NCBI GenBank assembly: GCA_965197585.1
Contig: OZ240215.1
Coordinates: 192,001-256,000 of the forward strand
Origin: Dehalococcoidia bacterium
Lineage (GTDB): Bacteria > Chloroflexota > Dehalococcoidia > Plut-88900
DNA length: 64,000 nt
Direction of reading: 5' to 3'
Both the position numbers and the translations under genes were made by a program. Under the pieces are notes generated by a model. It made no database searches and was not told where the DNA came from. It worked only from the letters and a program-made list of their open reading frames with translations. The stretch's first letter is position 1, and every line of letters begins with the position of its first letter. This document shows positions 19,290-29,951 of the stretch, piece after piece.

Positions 19290-20328
19290 CTCCCGCCCTT
19301 TCTGGGGCCTCCCACCGACTTCTTCTCCGCCGAAGTAATAGACTGTCGGCCATCACCTCGACCAAGACCAGGCAAAGAGCGCCTGCGAGAAGGAACAGCT
19401 GGAACCGCTCTACCTTTCTCTGACTGAACTCGCTCTGAAGAGCCTCGTCCTGGAACGATCGAATCTCGTCTGCCAAGTCCGCCATTGCCCCGCGCTCGGC
19501 TGCCCGGAAGTAACGTCCCCCGCCGCTGTCAGCAATCTGCTGTAGAGCGATCTCATCTATTCTTGAGATAAGGGCAAGGCCTTGGACATCCTGACGGAAC
19601 CCGGTGATGTTGCCTTGGTCGCCGAATTCGGGGACAGGCCCTCCGTCCGGTGAACCGAACCCCACGGTATATATCACCACTCCTTCTTCTGCGGCACGCC
19701 TCGCCGCGGCAATGGGATCATCCTCGTGGTTCTCGCCGTCGGTCATTATGACTATTATTCTCTGGCTCTCCCGTTCATTGCTGAAGCCGACCATCGCGGT
19801 GTCAATGGCCTCGGCAATCACGGTGCCCTGTCTGCTGATGGCATTGGGGCTGGCATGATTCAGGTAGGTCCGGGCAGTGGCGTAATCGGAAGTCAACGGA
19901 AACTGGATGAAGCTGGCGCCGGAGAACAGGACGATACCGACCTCGTCACCTTCCAGACGCGAAATCAGGCTGGATATTTCGAGCTTCGCCCGGTCGAGGC
20001 GGTTGGGTTTGATATCCTGGACCAACATACTGCGCGATATGTCCAGGGCCACCATGACCTGCACACCCCCCTGCTCAACAATTTCGATCTCACTGCCCCA
20101 TTGGGGCCGAGCCAGAGCAACAATAAGGAGGGTGACAGCCACGAACCATAGAGTGAACCGAAGAATGCGCATCTTGCCGTTCGCCGCCGGGCTCAGCCGC
20201 CCCACGAGGGCGGGATCCCCGATGCGCTGTACCAAAGCCGTACGCCGTGACAATGCCCAGCGCAAGAACAAGACCAATACAGGCAGCGCAGCCAGGAGGT
20301 AGAGGGATTGTGGCATGCCAAAGGACAT
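19282..20328 (-). CDS. batB: BatB-like vWA protein
   Basis: ALARPQWG, MIDAS DISRS, PLTSDY and TDGE. Start taken at ATG 20328 after the batA stop. Confidence 0.85.
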   Translation of the reverse strand: MSFGMPQSLYLLAALPVLVLFLRWALSRRTALVQRIGDPALVGRLSPAANGKMRILRFTLWFVAVTLLIVALARPQWGSEIEIVEQGGVQVMVALDISRSMLVQDIKPNRLDRAKLEISSLISRLEGDEVGIVLFSGASFIQFPLTSDYATARTYLNHASPNAISRQGTVIAEAIDTAMVGFSNERESQRIIVIMTDGENHEDDPIAAARRAAEEGVVIYTVGFGSPDGGPVPEFGDQGNITGFRQDVQGLALISRIDEIALQQIADSGGGRYFRAAERGAMADLADEIRSFQDEALQSEFSQRKVERFQLFLLAGALCLVLVEVMADSLLLRRRRSRWEAPERAGDV

Positions 20329-20335
20329 TATTAAC

Positions 20336-21319
20336 CTACGGCAGCCTTCTGAATACGGTCTGAGAGAGAACCAAGTCCAGCAGCAGGAGTGCAAGAGCCG
20401 GGGCCAGCAACCAGACCAGGACCTCTCGATAGCGGGTAAATACCAAAACCTCCACCTCAGACTTCTCAAGGGCGTTGATCTCGGCGTAGATGTCGCGCAG
20501 TCCCTCCGTGTCCGTAGCCAGATAGAACTTGGCGTCTGTAATGTTCGCTATCTCCCGCAGGGTCTCCTCATCCAGCGGACTTTCCTGTGAACCTCCACCT
20601 TCCCCAGAGCCTCCGGGCTGGCTTGTCCCAACTCCTACGGTGTACAGCTTGATGCCCAAGGCCTCGGATGCGGTGGCAACGGTGATCGGGTCCAGTTGGC
20701 CGGCGTTGTTAACTCCATCCGTAATCAGGGTCACCAGCTTGCTCTCTGAGGTAGAGTCCTTCAGCATATTGGCGGCCGTAGCCATGCCAATTCCCATTGC
20801 CGTTCCATCTTCAATCCCCAGCTGGTCTGCCAGATGTACGTCGGTCAGCAGCCGAAGCAGGACACCATGGTCAAGAGTAGGCGGACTCTGGATGAACGCC
20901 TCCTGTGAGAATACGACCAACCCAATGCGATCATATTTACGCTCCTCGATGAATTCCGCCACAATCTGCTTTGCCGCTCCCAGCCTGTTCGGAGCAAAGT
21001 CTGTCTGTCCCATGCTCCCGGAAATGTCCAGTGCGATGGCTATGTCCACCCCCTCGCCGCGAATGACCTCCCGAGCCTCAGCCACCTGGGGGCGGGCAAC
21101 GGCGACAATCAACAATGCCAGCGCCAGGAACCGCAACACCGGGACGAAGGGCATTATCCGAAGGCGGAGGGACCGGCTGCCGGAAGTCAGCCGGGTGTCT
21201 GCGTACCTCATTGTTGCGGGAGCCATGCGTTTTCTCCACATGTAGGGCATCGCTGCGAGTATGGGCACCCCTATCAGCAGAATAAGCAGCCATGGAGAGG
21301 CGAAGCTCAACTCACTCAC
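20336..21319 (-). CDS. batA: BatA-like vWA protein
   Basis: FASPW N-terminus, ARPQ, MIDAS DISGS, PPTLDH, GTAMG and TDGVNN. Confidence 0.87.
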   Translation of the reverse strand: MSELSFASPWLLILLIGVPILAAMPYMWRKRMAPATMRYADTRLTSGSRSLRLRIMPFVPVLRFLALALLIVAVARPQVAEAREVIRGEGVDIAIALDISGSMGQTDFAPNRLGAAKQIVAEFIEERKYDRIGLVVFSQEAFIQSPPTLDHGVLLRLLTDVHLADQLGIEDGTAMGIGMATAANMLKDSTSESKLVTLITDGVNNAGQLDPITVATASEALGIKLYTVGVGTSQPGGSGEGGGSQESPLDEETLREIANITDAKFYLATDTEGLRDIYAEINALEKSEVEVLVFTRYREVLVWLLAPALALLLLDLVLSQTVFRRLP

Positions 21320-22395
21320 GTCGCCCCCCCAATCGTTGCAGGGGAGCCGTACTGCAGTGTCGCTTGTTCAAGAGCTGGTCTGGTTGCATCGACGAAGTGT
21401 CGGATCTGCCTAACAACCTCATTGGCCCGGCCAGCGGGTGGTGAATTATTGGCGAACTTTACCAGGTCAGCCTCCTGGAGCAGTTCAATTACCTCTAGCG
21501 AGTTACGGGAATCAAGCGACGACAGCGATATCGCTGCCTTGATTTCTTCCGTGGACATATCGAGCCCGCCCGCCTGCCCCTCTTTTTTAAGATATGTCGC
21601 CCCTAGATAGGTCCGCAGGGTTCCGGCGACGAGGGTGTAGTGCTCTTTAAAGTCGCCACGCTCCGGTAGATCAAGCCGGCCGATGCGGGTTAGTTCCTGA
21701 TGCGCCACTTCCCAGGGCTTCCGGGAGTCAGTTTCCTGGACTACCACACTGACTAGTGCGCGTGACCGACGGTATACATAGAAGCCAACCGCTACGGACA
21801 TCCCTACAACGACCAGGCCAGCAATAACTAGAACGGCTGGCCGTTTCCAGAGGGGAGTCGAGAGGTCGGCAGGAGGACGTATGTCCTTCAACTCCTCATC
21901 CGGGCCTGCCAATACCGAATTTACGGTCATCTCCACCGGGTCAGGATATACTTGCTCTATGCTGCCATCCGAGTTGCGGATGGAAATTGGCAGGTCGGGA
22001 GTCTCAAAAGCGCCCGGGGAGAACAGGGCTACCTGAATCTGTTTGGCGATGGTCTTTACGCCGTCACTAAGGGATATGGTCTGGACCGAGGTCTGAGCCT
22101 GAACCTCGAATGGGCCCCATTCGCGTTCGAGCCTTGGTAATACCACGACAAGATTATCTGGATGAGAGACCACAAGGCTCAATATAGCCACATCGCCCAC
22201 GGTCATCTCAGGACGGTCGACGGTGAAGGATATGTGGACGGCCGACGACGAGGCTGTCTGGGCCGCTGCGGTGTCAACGGTGTCCATTACCAGCGACACG
22301 GCAAGGAGGAAGGGAAGCAAGATTCGGACTATCAGCCCATTGCTGCCCCTACGATTCGCAAGAGACCTCCAGTCAGGCACGGTGCACAATATCAT
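21316..22395 (-). CDS. Bat-operon-associated membrane protein
   Basis: Signal-like segment, ELKDIRPP, TM helix, ADLVKFA motif. Lies between DUF58 and batA with overlapping stop/start codons. Confidence 0.75.
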   Translation of the reverse strand: MILCTVPDWRSLANRRGSNGLIVRILLPFLLAVSLVMDTVDTAAAQTASSSAVHISFTVDRPEMTVGDVAILSLVVSHPDNLVVVLPRLEREWGPFEVQAQTSVQTISLSDGVKTIAKQIQVALFSPGAFETPDLPISIRNSDGSIEQVYPDPVEMTVNSVLAGPDEELKDIRPPADLSTPLWKRPAVLVIAGLVVVGMSVAVGFYVYRRSRALVSVVVQETDSRKPWEVAHQELTRIGRLDLPERGDFKEHYTLVAGTLRTYLGATYLKKEGQAGGLDMSTEEIKAAISLSSLDSRNSLEVIELLQEADLVKFANNSPPAGRANEVVRQIRHFVDATRPALEQATLQYGSPATIGGAT

Positions 22396-23279
22396 CGTCT
22401 CAGCCTGCGAAGCCGGTCTTTGAAGAACGCTCCCACCTCTGCGACATAATCTCTCTCTGTGGTGACGCTGATCCGGTCAACTCCAGCCGAAGAGAAGACA
22501 TCGCGTTTTCCTTCTTTCAGTCGGGTTACCTCATCGGCAAACTCCTGCCGCCAATCCCTACTGCCGGTATCCACCCAGCGGCGCTCTCCGGTCTCGGCGT
22601 CTTCCAGCGAGAGGATGCCCACGTCTGCCATTTGGTGTTCCAGCGGATCGCTCAGGTCGAAAGCAATCACATCGTGGCGCCGGTTGGTTATCATCATCGC
22701 CTGGCGGTAGGACTCCGGGTCCGCGAGGAAGTCGGAGAGTAGGAATACGATGCTGCGGCGCTTTAGCATCTGATGGACGGTGTTAAGCGCCAGCGTGATG
22801 TCGGTGCCCGAACCTGTGGGATGGAACACCAGCAGGTCCCGAACCATCCTTAGAACGTGGCTTCTTCCCTTGCGGGGCGGTACCATCGACTCGACGCGAT
22901 CAGTAAATAGGAGAAGACCGACCTTGTCGTTGTTGGTGGTGGCTGCAAAGGACATGACGGCAGCCAACTCGACAGCCAACTCCCGCTTGAACCGATTCCT
23001 GGTGCCGAAGTCCCCGGAACCGCTAACGTCAACGACCAGCATGGCTGTCAGTTCCCGCTCCTCGATGAAGCTCTTCACATACGGTTCCCCGGTGCGGGCC
23101 GTGACGTTCCAGTCAATGGTACGCACGTCGTCCCCGGGATGATACTGACGGACCTCGTCGAACTCCATGCCACGGCCCTTGAAGACCGACTGGTACTCTC
23201 CGGCAAAGCTATCAGTGACCAGCTTCCGGGTTGTTATTTCGATTCGTCTTATTCTGGCAATCAGGTCGCCGGTCAGCAT
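22392..23279 (-). CDS. DUF58 domain protein
   Basis: GMEFDEVRQYHPGDDVRTIDWNVTAR and FIEERE signature. Confidence 0.92.
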   Translation of the reverse strand: MLTGDLIARIRRIEITTRKLVTDSFAGEYQSVFKGRGMEFDEVRQYHPGDDVRTIDWNVTARTGEPYVKSFIEERELTAMLVVDVSGSGDFGTRNRFKRELAVELAAVMSFAATTNNDKVGLLLFTDRVESMVPPRKGRSHVLRMVRDLLVFHPTGSGTDITLALNTVHQMLKRRSIVFLLSDFLADPESYRQAMMITNRRHDVIAFDLSDPLEHQMADVGILSLEDAETGERRWVDTGSRDWRQEFADEVTRLKEGKRDVFSSAGVDRISVTTERDYVAEVGAFFKDRLRRLRR

Positions 23280-23280
23280 G

Positions 23281-24276
23281 TCAGGGGACTTCCACGTTAT
23301 CCAGTATGCGCTGAACTATCTGTTCGGAAGTTACATCCTGGGCTTCCGCCTCGAACGTAGTGATGATTCGGTGCCGGAGAACGTCTGGGGCCAGTTGCTT
23401 TACATCGTCGGGAACGACGTAGCCGCGTCCCTTTATGAAGGCATACGCCCGCGTCGCCATGATGAGGAAGATTCCCGCGCGGGGCGATGCGCCAAATGAA
23501 ATCAGGTTCGCCAAATCGCCAAGCCCGGCCGTGCTGGGGTTCCTTGTGGCGATCACGAGATTCAGGACGTAGTCCTTTATCTTCTCGTCTACATAAACTT
23601 GATGCACAATTTCCCGGGCGTTTAGGATGTATTGTGAGTCCACCACCGGACGCACGTCCGGCGGACTGCCGGACGTCATCCGGTCGATTATCTCTCGCTC
23701 TTCCGTCGGCTCCGGATAGTCCACAACCACCTTCAGCATGAACCGGTCTACTTGTGCTTCCGGCAGGGGGTACGTACCCTCTTGTTCAATGGGGTTCTGA
23801 GTCGCCAGGACCAGGAATGGGGCCTCCAACGGAAACGTATCGTTTCCGATAGTGACCTGCTTTTCCTGCATCGCCTCCAGAAGTGCGCTCTGCACCTTGG
23901 CCGGAGCTCGGTTGACTTCGTCGGCGAGAATCAGGTTTGAGAAGACAGGCCCCTTCTGGACGCTGAATTCCCCGGTGCGGGGATTGTAGACTCGCGTGCC
24001 GATGAGGTCCGCGGGCAATAGATCAGGCGTGAACTGGATGCGCGAAAACCCGGCTTGAATCGCTTGGCCGATGGTCTTGATCAGCAGTGTTTTTGCCAGC
24101 CCCGGCACGCCTTCCAGCAGAATGTGCCCATCGGCCAGCAGGGCCACCAGAGCCCGTTCCACCAGCCGGTCCTGGCCAATGATCGCCTTGCGGATCTCGG
24201 CATCGAGAGATTGAACGAATCGCGCCTCCCTCTCTACCATCTCGTTTATCTGTCGGAAGCCTGCTAGAGTCGACAT
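23281..24276 (-). CDS. moxR: MoxR-family AAA+ ATPase
   Basis: EGVPGLAKT Walker A, RIQFTPDLLPAD, ADEVNRAPAKVQSALLEAMQE and ATQNPIEQEGTYPLPEAQ. Confidence 0.95.
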   Translation of the reverse strand: MSTLAGFRQINEMVEREARFVQSLDAEIRKAIIGQDRLVERALVALLADGHILLEGVPGLAKTLLIKTIGQAIQAGFSRIQFTPDLLPADLIGTRVYNPRTGEFSVQKGPVFSNLILADEVNRAPAKVQSALLEAMQEKQVTIGNDTFPLEAPFLVLATQNPIEQEGTYPLPEAQVDRFMLKVVVDYPEPTEEREIIDRMTSGSPPDVRPVVDSQYILNAREIVHQVYVDEKIKDYVLNLVIATRNPSTAGLGDLANLISFGASPRAGIFLIMATRAYAFIKGRGYVVPDDVKQLAPDVLRHRIITTFEAEAQDVTSEQIVQRILDNVEVP

Positions 24277-25137
24277 ATCAATCCTCGGGCTCCTTTAGCG
24301 AGCGATGTGCAATGTTTTGGACTGTTCCTTGCGACCGAGTTCCAAGTATCCGGTTGCAGACCGATCGGATGTATGCGCCTCAACGGATAGGCTACGTCCT
24401 TCGCGCTGACGTTACCCTCTCCAAGGCAATGCTGTAAGGTTCGTTAGCACCTGTTGAGACAGATACAACTGTAACTGCCGCGTGAGTATAAAGGAATACT
24501 GTTGCTGTAACTCAACGGAGCGGTCCGCAAAATCCAAGCTTGGATCTGGAAACTCACTGTGGCAGAGTCCGGGAGCATTTAGGTAGGAGTTGGGGGATGA
24601 TGGTCCTGCAGGCTGGCAAGAAACTGGATTGCGGACCTCATGGCTTCCTGCATTCTCAAGTATGTAGCCTGCAGCTATCGCATCCGGACGGGGCGCTAAG
24701 CGCAAAGATGGCCCTTCGGAGTACTACTACAGTTTTCGGCCAAGCTGTTTTTGCCGCGACCCATTCAATTTGTGACCTGAGGTGTAAGGCGGCCGGCTCT
24801 CCTACCTCGCTTGGAATCACCTGCATGCCGACTTTCCCATCATGCCTTTAAAACCATCCGGCGCCAGCCTATCCAACGCCTTCACGCCTGTTGCGCAATA
24901 GACACCAGACTCTGCACTACTCTTGGGCAGCAGAACTGAATTCCAATTCCGAGAGCTAACTGACCGAGAATCTATCCGTAAAAGCCTTGGCGGTTGCTAG
25001 GTCGAAAGTTATTGGCAGGGGTGAATACTTACAGTGCCCTTCTCTCCAAGAGAGCTGAAATTGAGAGGGGTAATCGCAGACTCACGCATGATCATATTGT
25101 AGGATAGGCCCTGCCAATTTAAGCTCGGAGGAATCCT

Positions 25138-25281
25138 ATGGAAGCATATTGTCTGAAGTGACGGTCCAAGAGGGAGATGAGTAGCCAACAGGCCATTACG
25201 ATGAAGAATGGGCGCCCGGCCACCCGAGGCATCTGCCCAGTCTGCTCCACAAAGATGTTCCGGATTGGCAAAACCGCATAG
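25138..25281 (+). CDS. Small CxxC/zinc-ribbon protein (DUF5679-like) with in-frame TGA at codon 8; pseudogene or recoded
   Basis: GGAGGA RBS, then MEAYCLK*RSKREMSSQQAITMKNGRPATRGICPVCSTKMFRIGKTA. Not in the ORF track. TGA 25159-25161 occupies the second Cys of the first CxxC. Confidence 0.75.
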
Positions 25282-25547
25282 TCCAGCGGTCTGCAACTGA
25301 CGAGAGACCTCCGCTTTAGCAGGGACCTCTTGCTACTATCTGAGCTACCGGTTGTCCTGCTCAGTCGGTTCTTGGTGGGTTTCGCACGACGTGGGAGGAC
25401 AGGAGTTTGACTACAGGTCCAGCACGAACCTCAAGGAGAAGGTTCTCCAATTCGTCCAGTTGGGCGGCATCTTTAGAGAGCGATGAAACAGAGCTGAGCA
25501 GGGTTGTTGTAAGGTTGCGTCCCAGGCAGGCCGATGTCGATCTTTCT

Positions 25548-26318
25548 CTAGCCAAGGGACTTAAGGAAGTCGAGAAATATCCCGTTGGTGGCCATTGGCC
25601 GTTCAATGGACGGGCAATGGCCAACGTTCTCAAGCCAGCGGGCCTGGGCACCGGGTATCTTGTCGAGCAGCACCCGAGATTTCTCCGCATAGGCGTCCTC
25701 ATCACCGCACATTACACAGGTGGGGACATCTATCTTTCCTAGCTCCGCTTCAACGTCGAAGCTGTTGCACGCCTCGAAGTCCCCGATCTGTGAGTCTAAA
25801 GGGGTGGTCTTGTTATTCCATTCGTGCAGCTCGCGGATGGACCGGGGCGTACTTCCAGCAAAGTTCACCTCCATGCCTTCCGTGACGGCTCGGTTGAAAT
25901 CGGTTTTGTAGAGGTCCACGAAATCTTGGGGTATGAACCAGCTGGCTCCCGCCCCGACTAGTATCAAAGCCTCGGCTCCGGAGTAGTGCAGAGCGTAGTC
26001 GAGGGCTACGGACCCACCCATAGAGTGGCCGGCTAGAACGAACGAGTCCAGACCGAGGGCATTGACCATGCCTTTAAGGAATTCGCGATATTCGGAGACG
26101 TCGGTTGAGCCGGGTCCTTCGGAGTCGCCGTGGCCCGGGAGGTCGATTGCTATGGGGGTATGGTCTCTGGCCAGTGCCCGGAGCTGGGGCAACCATATCA
26201 GGCGATTGCCCCTGGCGCCGTGGACTAGGACCACCGCCTTCCCCCGCTTTTCTCCGTTGGCAATATCCCGTGGACAAGCGTAAAAGGCCGTCTTACCGTT
26301 CACCTGTACATGAGCCAT
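25548..26318 (-). CDS. Alpha/beta hydrolase
   Basis: VLVHG, IDLPGHG, GHSMGG nucleophile elbow, C-terminal GH. Confidence 0.9.
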   Translation of the reverse strand: MAHVQVNGKTAFYACPRDIANGEKRGKAVVLVHGARGNRLIWLPQLRALARDHTPIAIDLPGHGDSEGPGSTDVSEYREFLKGMVNALGLDSFVLAGHSMGGSVALDYALHYSGAEALILVGAGASWFIPQDFVDLYKTDFNRAVTEGMEVNFAGSTPRSIRELHEWNNKTTPLDSQIGDFEACNSFDVEAELGKIDVPTCVMCGDEDAYAEKSRVLLDKIPGAQARWLENVGHCPSIERPMATNGIFLDFLKSLG

Positions 26319-26352
26319 TCCTCGCCTCCGATACTAGTTCTGCTACAGGGGT

Positions 26353-27492
26353 CTAACGCGTTCCATGATCCCGTGGGAAATGATAGAGCCGAGCGGCGTT
26401 CCTTCCCACGATTTTGCGGGTCTCGTCATCTGGGACGTCTGCGAAAGTGTGTTCGATTACTTCCTTTGAGTGGGGGAAGGTGCCTTCGTCATGGGGATAG
26501 TCACTACCCCAAATCAGCCCATCGACCCCGGTTACAGAGCGATTTGTCAGGCCCACGGCATCATCCCCGAAGGTGGCATAGCCTTGGCGCTTGAAATATT
26601 CGCTGGATTTCATGGGCAGCTTGGGGTCGGCCCACATGTGGCGCTTGATCTGCATCTCGTCCATCAACTGCAATACCCAGGCAAGCCAACCAATCCCTCC
26701 TTCGACCAGGACGAACCTGAGACCTGGGTGGCGGTCCAAAACCCCCGAGGCTATCAGCAGAGTCAGGGGACTCATGGCATTGGCCATCAGGGTCACAGTG
26801 AAGGCCATGTTGTCCCCGGGCCCTTCCGGCTGGTATTCGATTTCTGCCTTACCCGTCGTTCCATAGGTAAAGACGTGAAATGCAACCGGGACCTGCAACT
26901 CCTCCACCGTTGCCCAGAAGGGTTCGTAGGCAGGGTTGTTATAGGGGAGCAACGGTATGGCCTGGGGCACGGACAAAGAGCGACAGCCCTTTCGGGCCGC
27001 CCTTCTGGCCTCATCCATTGCCGTAGATATATCGACCATGGGCAGAAGGGCTGACACCGCGAACCTATCGGGAAGCCCGCCAAAAATCTCGTGATACCAA
27101 TCGTTGTACAGGCTGGTCAGCGCTCGCTGGTAGCCCGTGTCCGGCGAGGCGAAGGCCTTGAAGATGCCTTGGGGATAGATCACCTCGGCGGCGACCCCGT
27201 CCTCTTCCAGATCAGCCAGGCGGAGAGGAATGTCTATGCCGCCTCCCCGATTGCTGGGACCGCTCATAGGAAGCTCTCCCTCCTGGGTAGTCTCTCTAAA
27301 GAAGCGGCGCATGTCTTCCTGGTTCAGAGGGTTGGGGGCGTCCAGGGGCATGTCCTGCTGCCCCTCCACGTATAGGTATCTTCGGCCATTCTTGAGGATG
27401 ATGTGCGGAGCCGGGGGCCTGTATTCCCGAGGCAGACGCTGGTAGAGCTCCTCGGGCTCCTCGGCATGAGAATCGGCAGAAATGATCAGCAC
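26353..27492 (-). CDS. Amidohydrolase family protein (Amidohydro_2)
   Basis: ISADSH, DGVAAEVIYP, YNDW, LVEGGIGW and WGSDYPHDEGTFP. Confidence 0.9.
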   Translation of the reverse strand: MLIISADSHAEEPEELYQRLPREYRPPAPHIILKNGRRYLYVEGQQDMPLDAPNPLNQEDMRRFFRETTQEGELPMSGPSNRGGGIDIPLRLADLEEDGVAAEVIYPQGIFKAFASPDTGYQRALTSLYNDWYHEIFGGLPDRFAVSALLPMVDISTAMDEARRAARKGCRSLSVPQAIPLLPYNNPAYEPFWATVEELQVPVAFHVFTYGTTGKAEIEYQPEGPGDNMAFTVTLMANAMSPLTLLIASGVLDRHPGLRFVLVEGGIGWLAWVLQLMDEMQIKRHMWADPKLPMKSSEYFKRQGYATFGDDAVGLTNRSVTGVDGLIWGSDYPHDEGTFPHSKEVIEHTFADVPDDETRKIVGRNAARLYHFPRDHGTR

Positions 27493-27519
27493 TTAACACA
27501 CCTCCTCTTTCCCTCTCCC

Positions 27520-28248
27520 TCAGACGACGATCCTGCCGCCGTCGATGGGCAGCTCGATCCCGGTCACGAAAGAAGACTGGTCCGAGGCCAGGTATAGGGC
27601 GCCTTCGGCTATCTCCTCGGGCCGGCCCATTCTGCCCATGGGCAGGTCGTGGAGTGTCCTCGTGCCTGGCATACCGGTGTCGATTGGGCCAGGGTGAATG
27701 GAGTTTGCGCGTATGTTGTACCTGCCGTACTGGGCGGCCGTGGCCTTCGTCAGTATCCTCAGTGCGCCCTTGGAGGCCGTGTATGCAGCGGCCTCGTAGG
27801 TTGCCACAATGCCGAAGGCGGAGGACATGTTTACAATCGATCAGCCGCCGGCCTTCTTCATTTCCGGTATAGCCAGCTTGGTCCCGATGAAGGGACCGGT
27901 GGCATGGACCGCCATCGACTGTTCCCAGGTCTCAAGGCTGGTCTCGTCTACGATTTCGGGGCTGTAAATGCCGGCGTTGTTGACCAGGACGTTCAGCTTG
28001 CCGAACTCCTTGACCGTGGCATCGATGGCGGCCCGCCAGTCCTCCTCCTTGGTCACGTCAAGGGCCACAAATAGGGCCCGTCCTCCAGCGTCGGCTATCT
28101 CCCCGGCTACCCTCCGGCTCTGCTCGACGAGAATATCGCCGATGGTGACGCAGGCACCCTCCTCGGCGAAGAGCCTGGCTATCGCCTCGCCGATTCCCCT
28201 GGCTCCCCCGGTGACTAAGGCCACCTTGTCCTCCATTCTCACGGTCAA
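27520..28248 (-). pseudogene. SDR oxidoreductase interrupted by one in-frame TGA
   Basis: TGGARGIG and NNAGI in the first half, YTASK and DGG in the second. Same frame, reading GG*SIVNMSS (TGA at 27841-27843 where Gly is expected). Confidence 0.85.
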
Positions 28249-28424
28249 TCACCCCCTTTTCCATCGTCTGCTAGGCGAAATCCGAGCCCGTGCCGCCACT
28301 TGTGACTCCACCTTATTTGATTCGTCCACTGCCCCGTCTGGTCTATCAGATTTACTCAACCCTCTGTACGCCAGTCCTAAGAGAGGATCGGTAATGTCAT
28401 ATGGCGCAGAGGCAGGGGGGTAAA

Positions 28425-29567
28425 CTAATTTCCGAACCGGAAGAGTTTTGCGGCGTTTGAGTATACGAACTTAGTCTGCTCATCTGCGGGAATATCTTTC
28501 AGGATCTCGCCCAGGACCTGCTGGGAACGGGGCCAGGTCGACTCTCTGTGGGGATAGTCGGAGCCCCACATGATGTTGTCGACGCCAATCAAGTCTCGGT
28601 GGGTCATTCCGATGAGGTCCTCGGTGAAGTTTACAAACACGTTGGAATGCCAGAAGTCGCTGGGCTTCTTCCCATCCTTGAAGTGGGCCTCTTGCGTGTA
28701 GCGCAGGTCGCTGTAATTCCTGTCCATGCGTTCCAGGTAGTAGGGCGCCCATCCCATTTCGAACTCTATGAGCGCCAGTTTGACCCCCGGATAGCGTTCG
28801 AATACCCGGCCGAAAATCATGGCGGAAATTGACCGCAAAGCCCAGTCGACCGGGTCGAACCCCGAGGCGGCTCCCTGCACCCCAAAGCTTGTCCGGGCGA
28901 AAACGGTTGGCGGGCTGCCCGGCCCGTGGCGCTGCGTGGTGGTGTGAATGACCAAGGGTCTTCCTGCATCCTGCGCTCTCTCCCACAGCGGTTTATATTC
29001 CGGCTGGTAATATTGCTTCTCTTCGCCCGGGAATGATGTGATTAGCACCGACTCCAATCCCATATCGAGGCACCGTTCGTATTCCCCAACGCCATCTTCA
29101 ACGTCGTCTACGTTGATCGATCCCAGGCCTTTCAATACGTCGGGATACGGCCTGCAGAAATCTGCCATCCAGTCGTTCATGGTCCTGAAGCAGGCGGAGA
29201 GGAACTCGGCGTCTAGGGGAAGGCTGTAGAATCTTGTTGATACCGTGGGGATAACTACTTCCCCAACCACGCCATCTACTTCCAGGTCCTTCAGGCGGGC
29301 GTGAGGGTCGTAGGCCCCTCTCCGGACTCCCTCAAAGCTGGAATCTATGCTCATAGAGTCCGGATCATCGTACCTCTTGCCCGCTTCGGAGAGGACCTCA
29401 CCCCCAGGCCCCGCCGGGGTATCTCCATCGACGAACCAGGTATGAGTATTGCCCGTCCACACCAGCCTCGGGGCCCGGTCTCTGAACTCCGGGTCTATCC
29501 TCTCCGTCCAGATATCCGGCGGCTCGATCACATGAGAATCGGCCGATATCAGCTTGTTCAGTGCCAT
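28425..29567 (-). CDS. Amidohydrolase family protein (Amidohydro_2)
   Basis: ISADSH, DGVVGEV, NDW and WGSDYPHRESTWP. GGAGG RBS before ATG 29567. Confidence 0.9.
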   Translation of the reverse strand: MALNKLISADSHVIEPPDIWTERIDPEFRDRAPRLVWTGNTHTWFVDGDTPAGPGGEVLSEAGKRYDDPDSMSIDSSFEGVRRGAYDPHARLKDLEVDGVVGEVVIPTVSTRFYSLPLDAEFLSACFRTMNDWMADFCRPYPDVLKGLGSINVDDVEDGVGEYERCLDMGLESVLITSFPGEEKQYYQPEYKPLWERAQDAGRPLVIHTTTQRHGPGSPPTVFARTSFGVQGAASGFDPVDWALRSISAMIFGRVFERYPGVKLALIEFEMGWAPYYLERMDRNYSDLRYTQEAHFKDGKKPSDFWHSNVFVNFTEDLIGMTHRDLIGVDNIMWGSDYPHRESTWPRSQQVLGEILKDIPADEQTKFVYSNAAKLFRFGN

Positions 29568-29951
29568 CACACCCTCCTGTTTTTGCCAATCCCACATAAG
29601 GCTGGTCCTACTCTGTGGACTCCTAAGAACAGCTGCTTGGAAGCAATTCCTATCGGCAGCGCTGATGAATACAGCCAAAGGTCCAGTCAATCAGCTCCAG
29701 GTCAGAGACTGTACGATAGGCTGGGTACAACCCTGATCCAGCGCTGAGCCCATCGTGAACCTAGAAGCTCCTATTCCACCACGGAGCCCGGCAATTCCGG
29801 AGCGCCAGCGCATGCAAGTTACCCATATGCCGGGTCTGGGTGGGCATTCTTAAGGATCTTGGTCTTCGCCTTCAATATAACGGGCGCGCCAGTCAACGAC
29901 AACCGGATCTCCCGGAGGCTGTCGAGGCAGGAATTCAGGGATTACAGGCAG

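Noticed and set aside
24277-25130. Long intergenic region with palindrome ATCCAAGCTTGGAT (24532-24545)
   Set aside because: Single occurrence with no supporting repeat, ORF or RNA motif.
27841-27843. Genome-wide UGA-to-Gly recoding suggested by the SDR TGA
   Set aside because: Many intact genes end in TGA (cupin, first kinase, moxR, rhodanese, the subtilase); a single GGA-to-TGA change is simpler.
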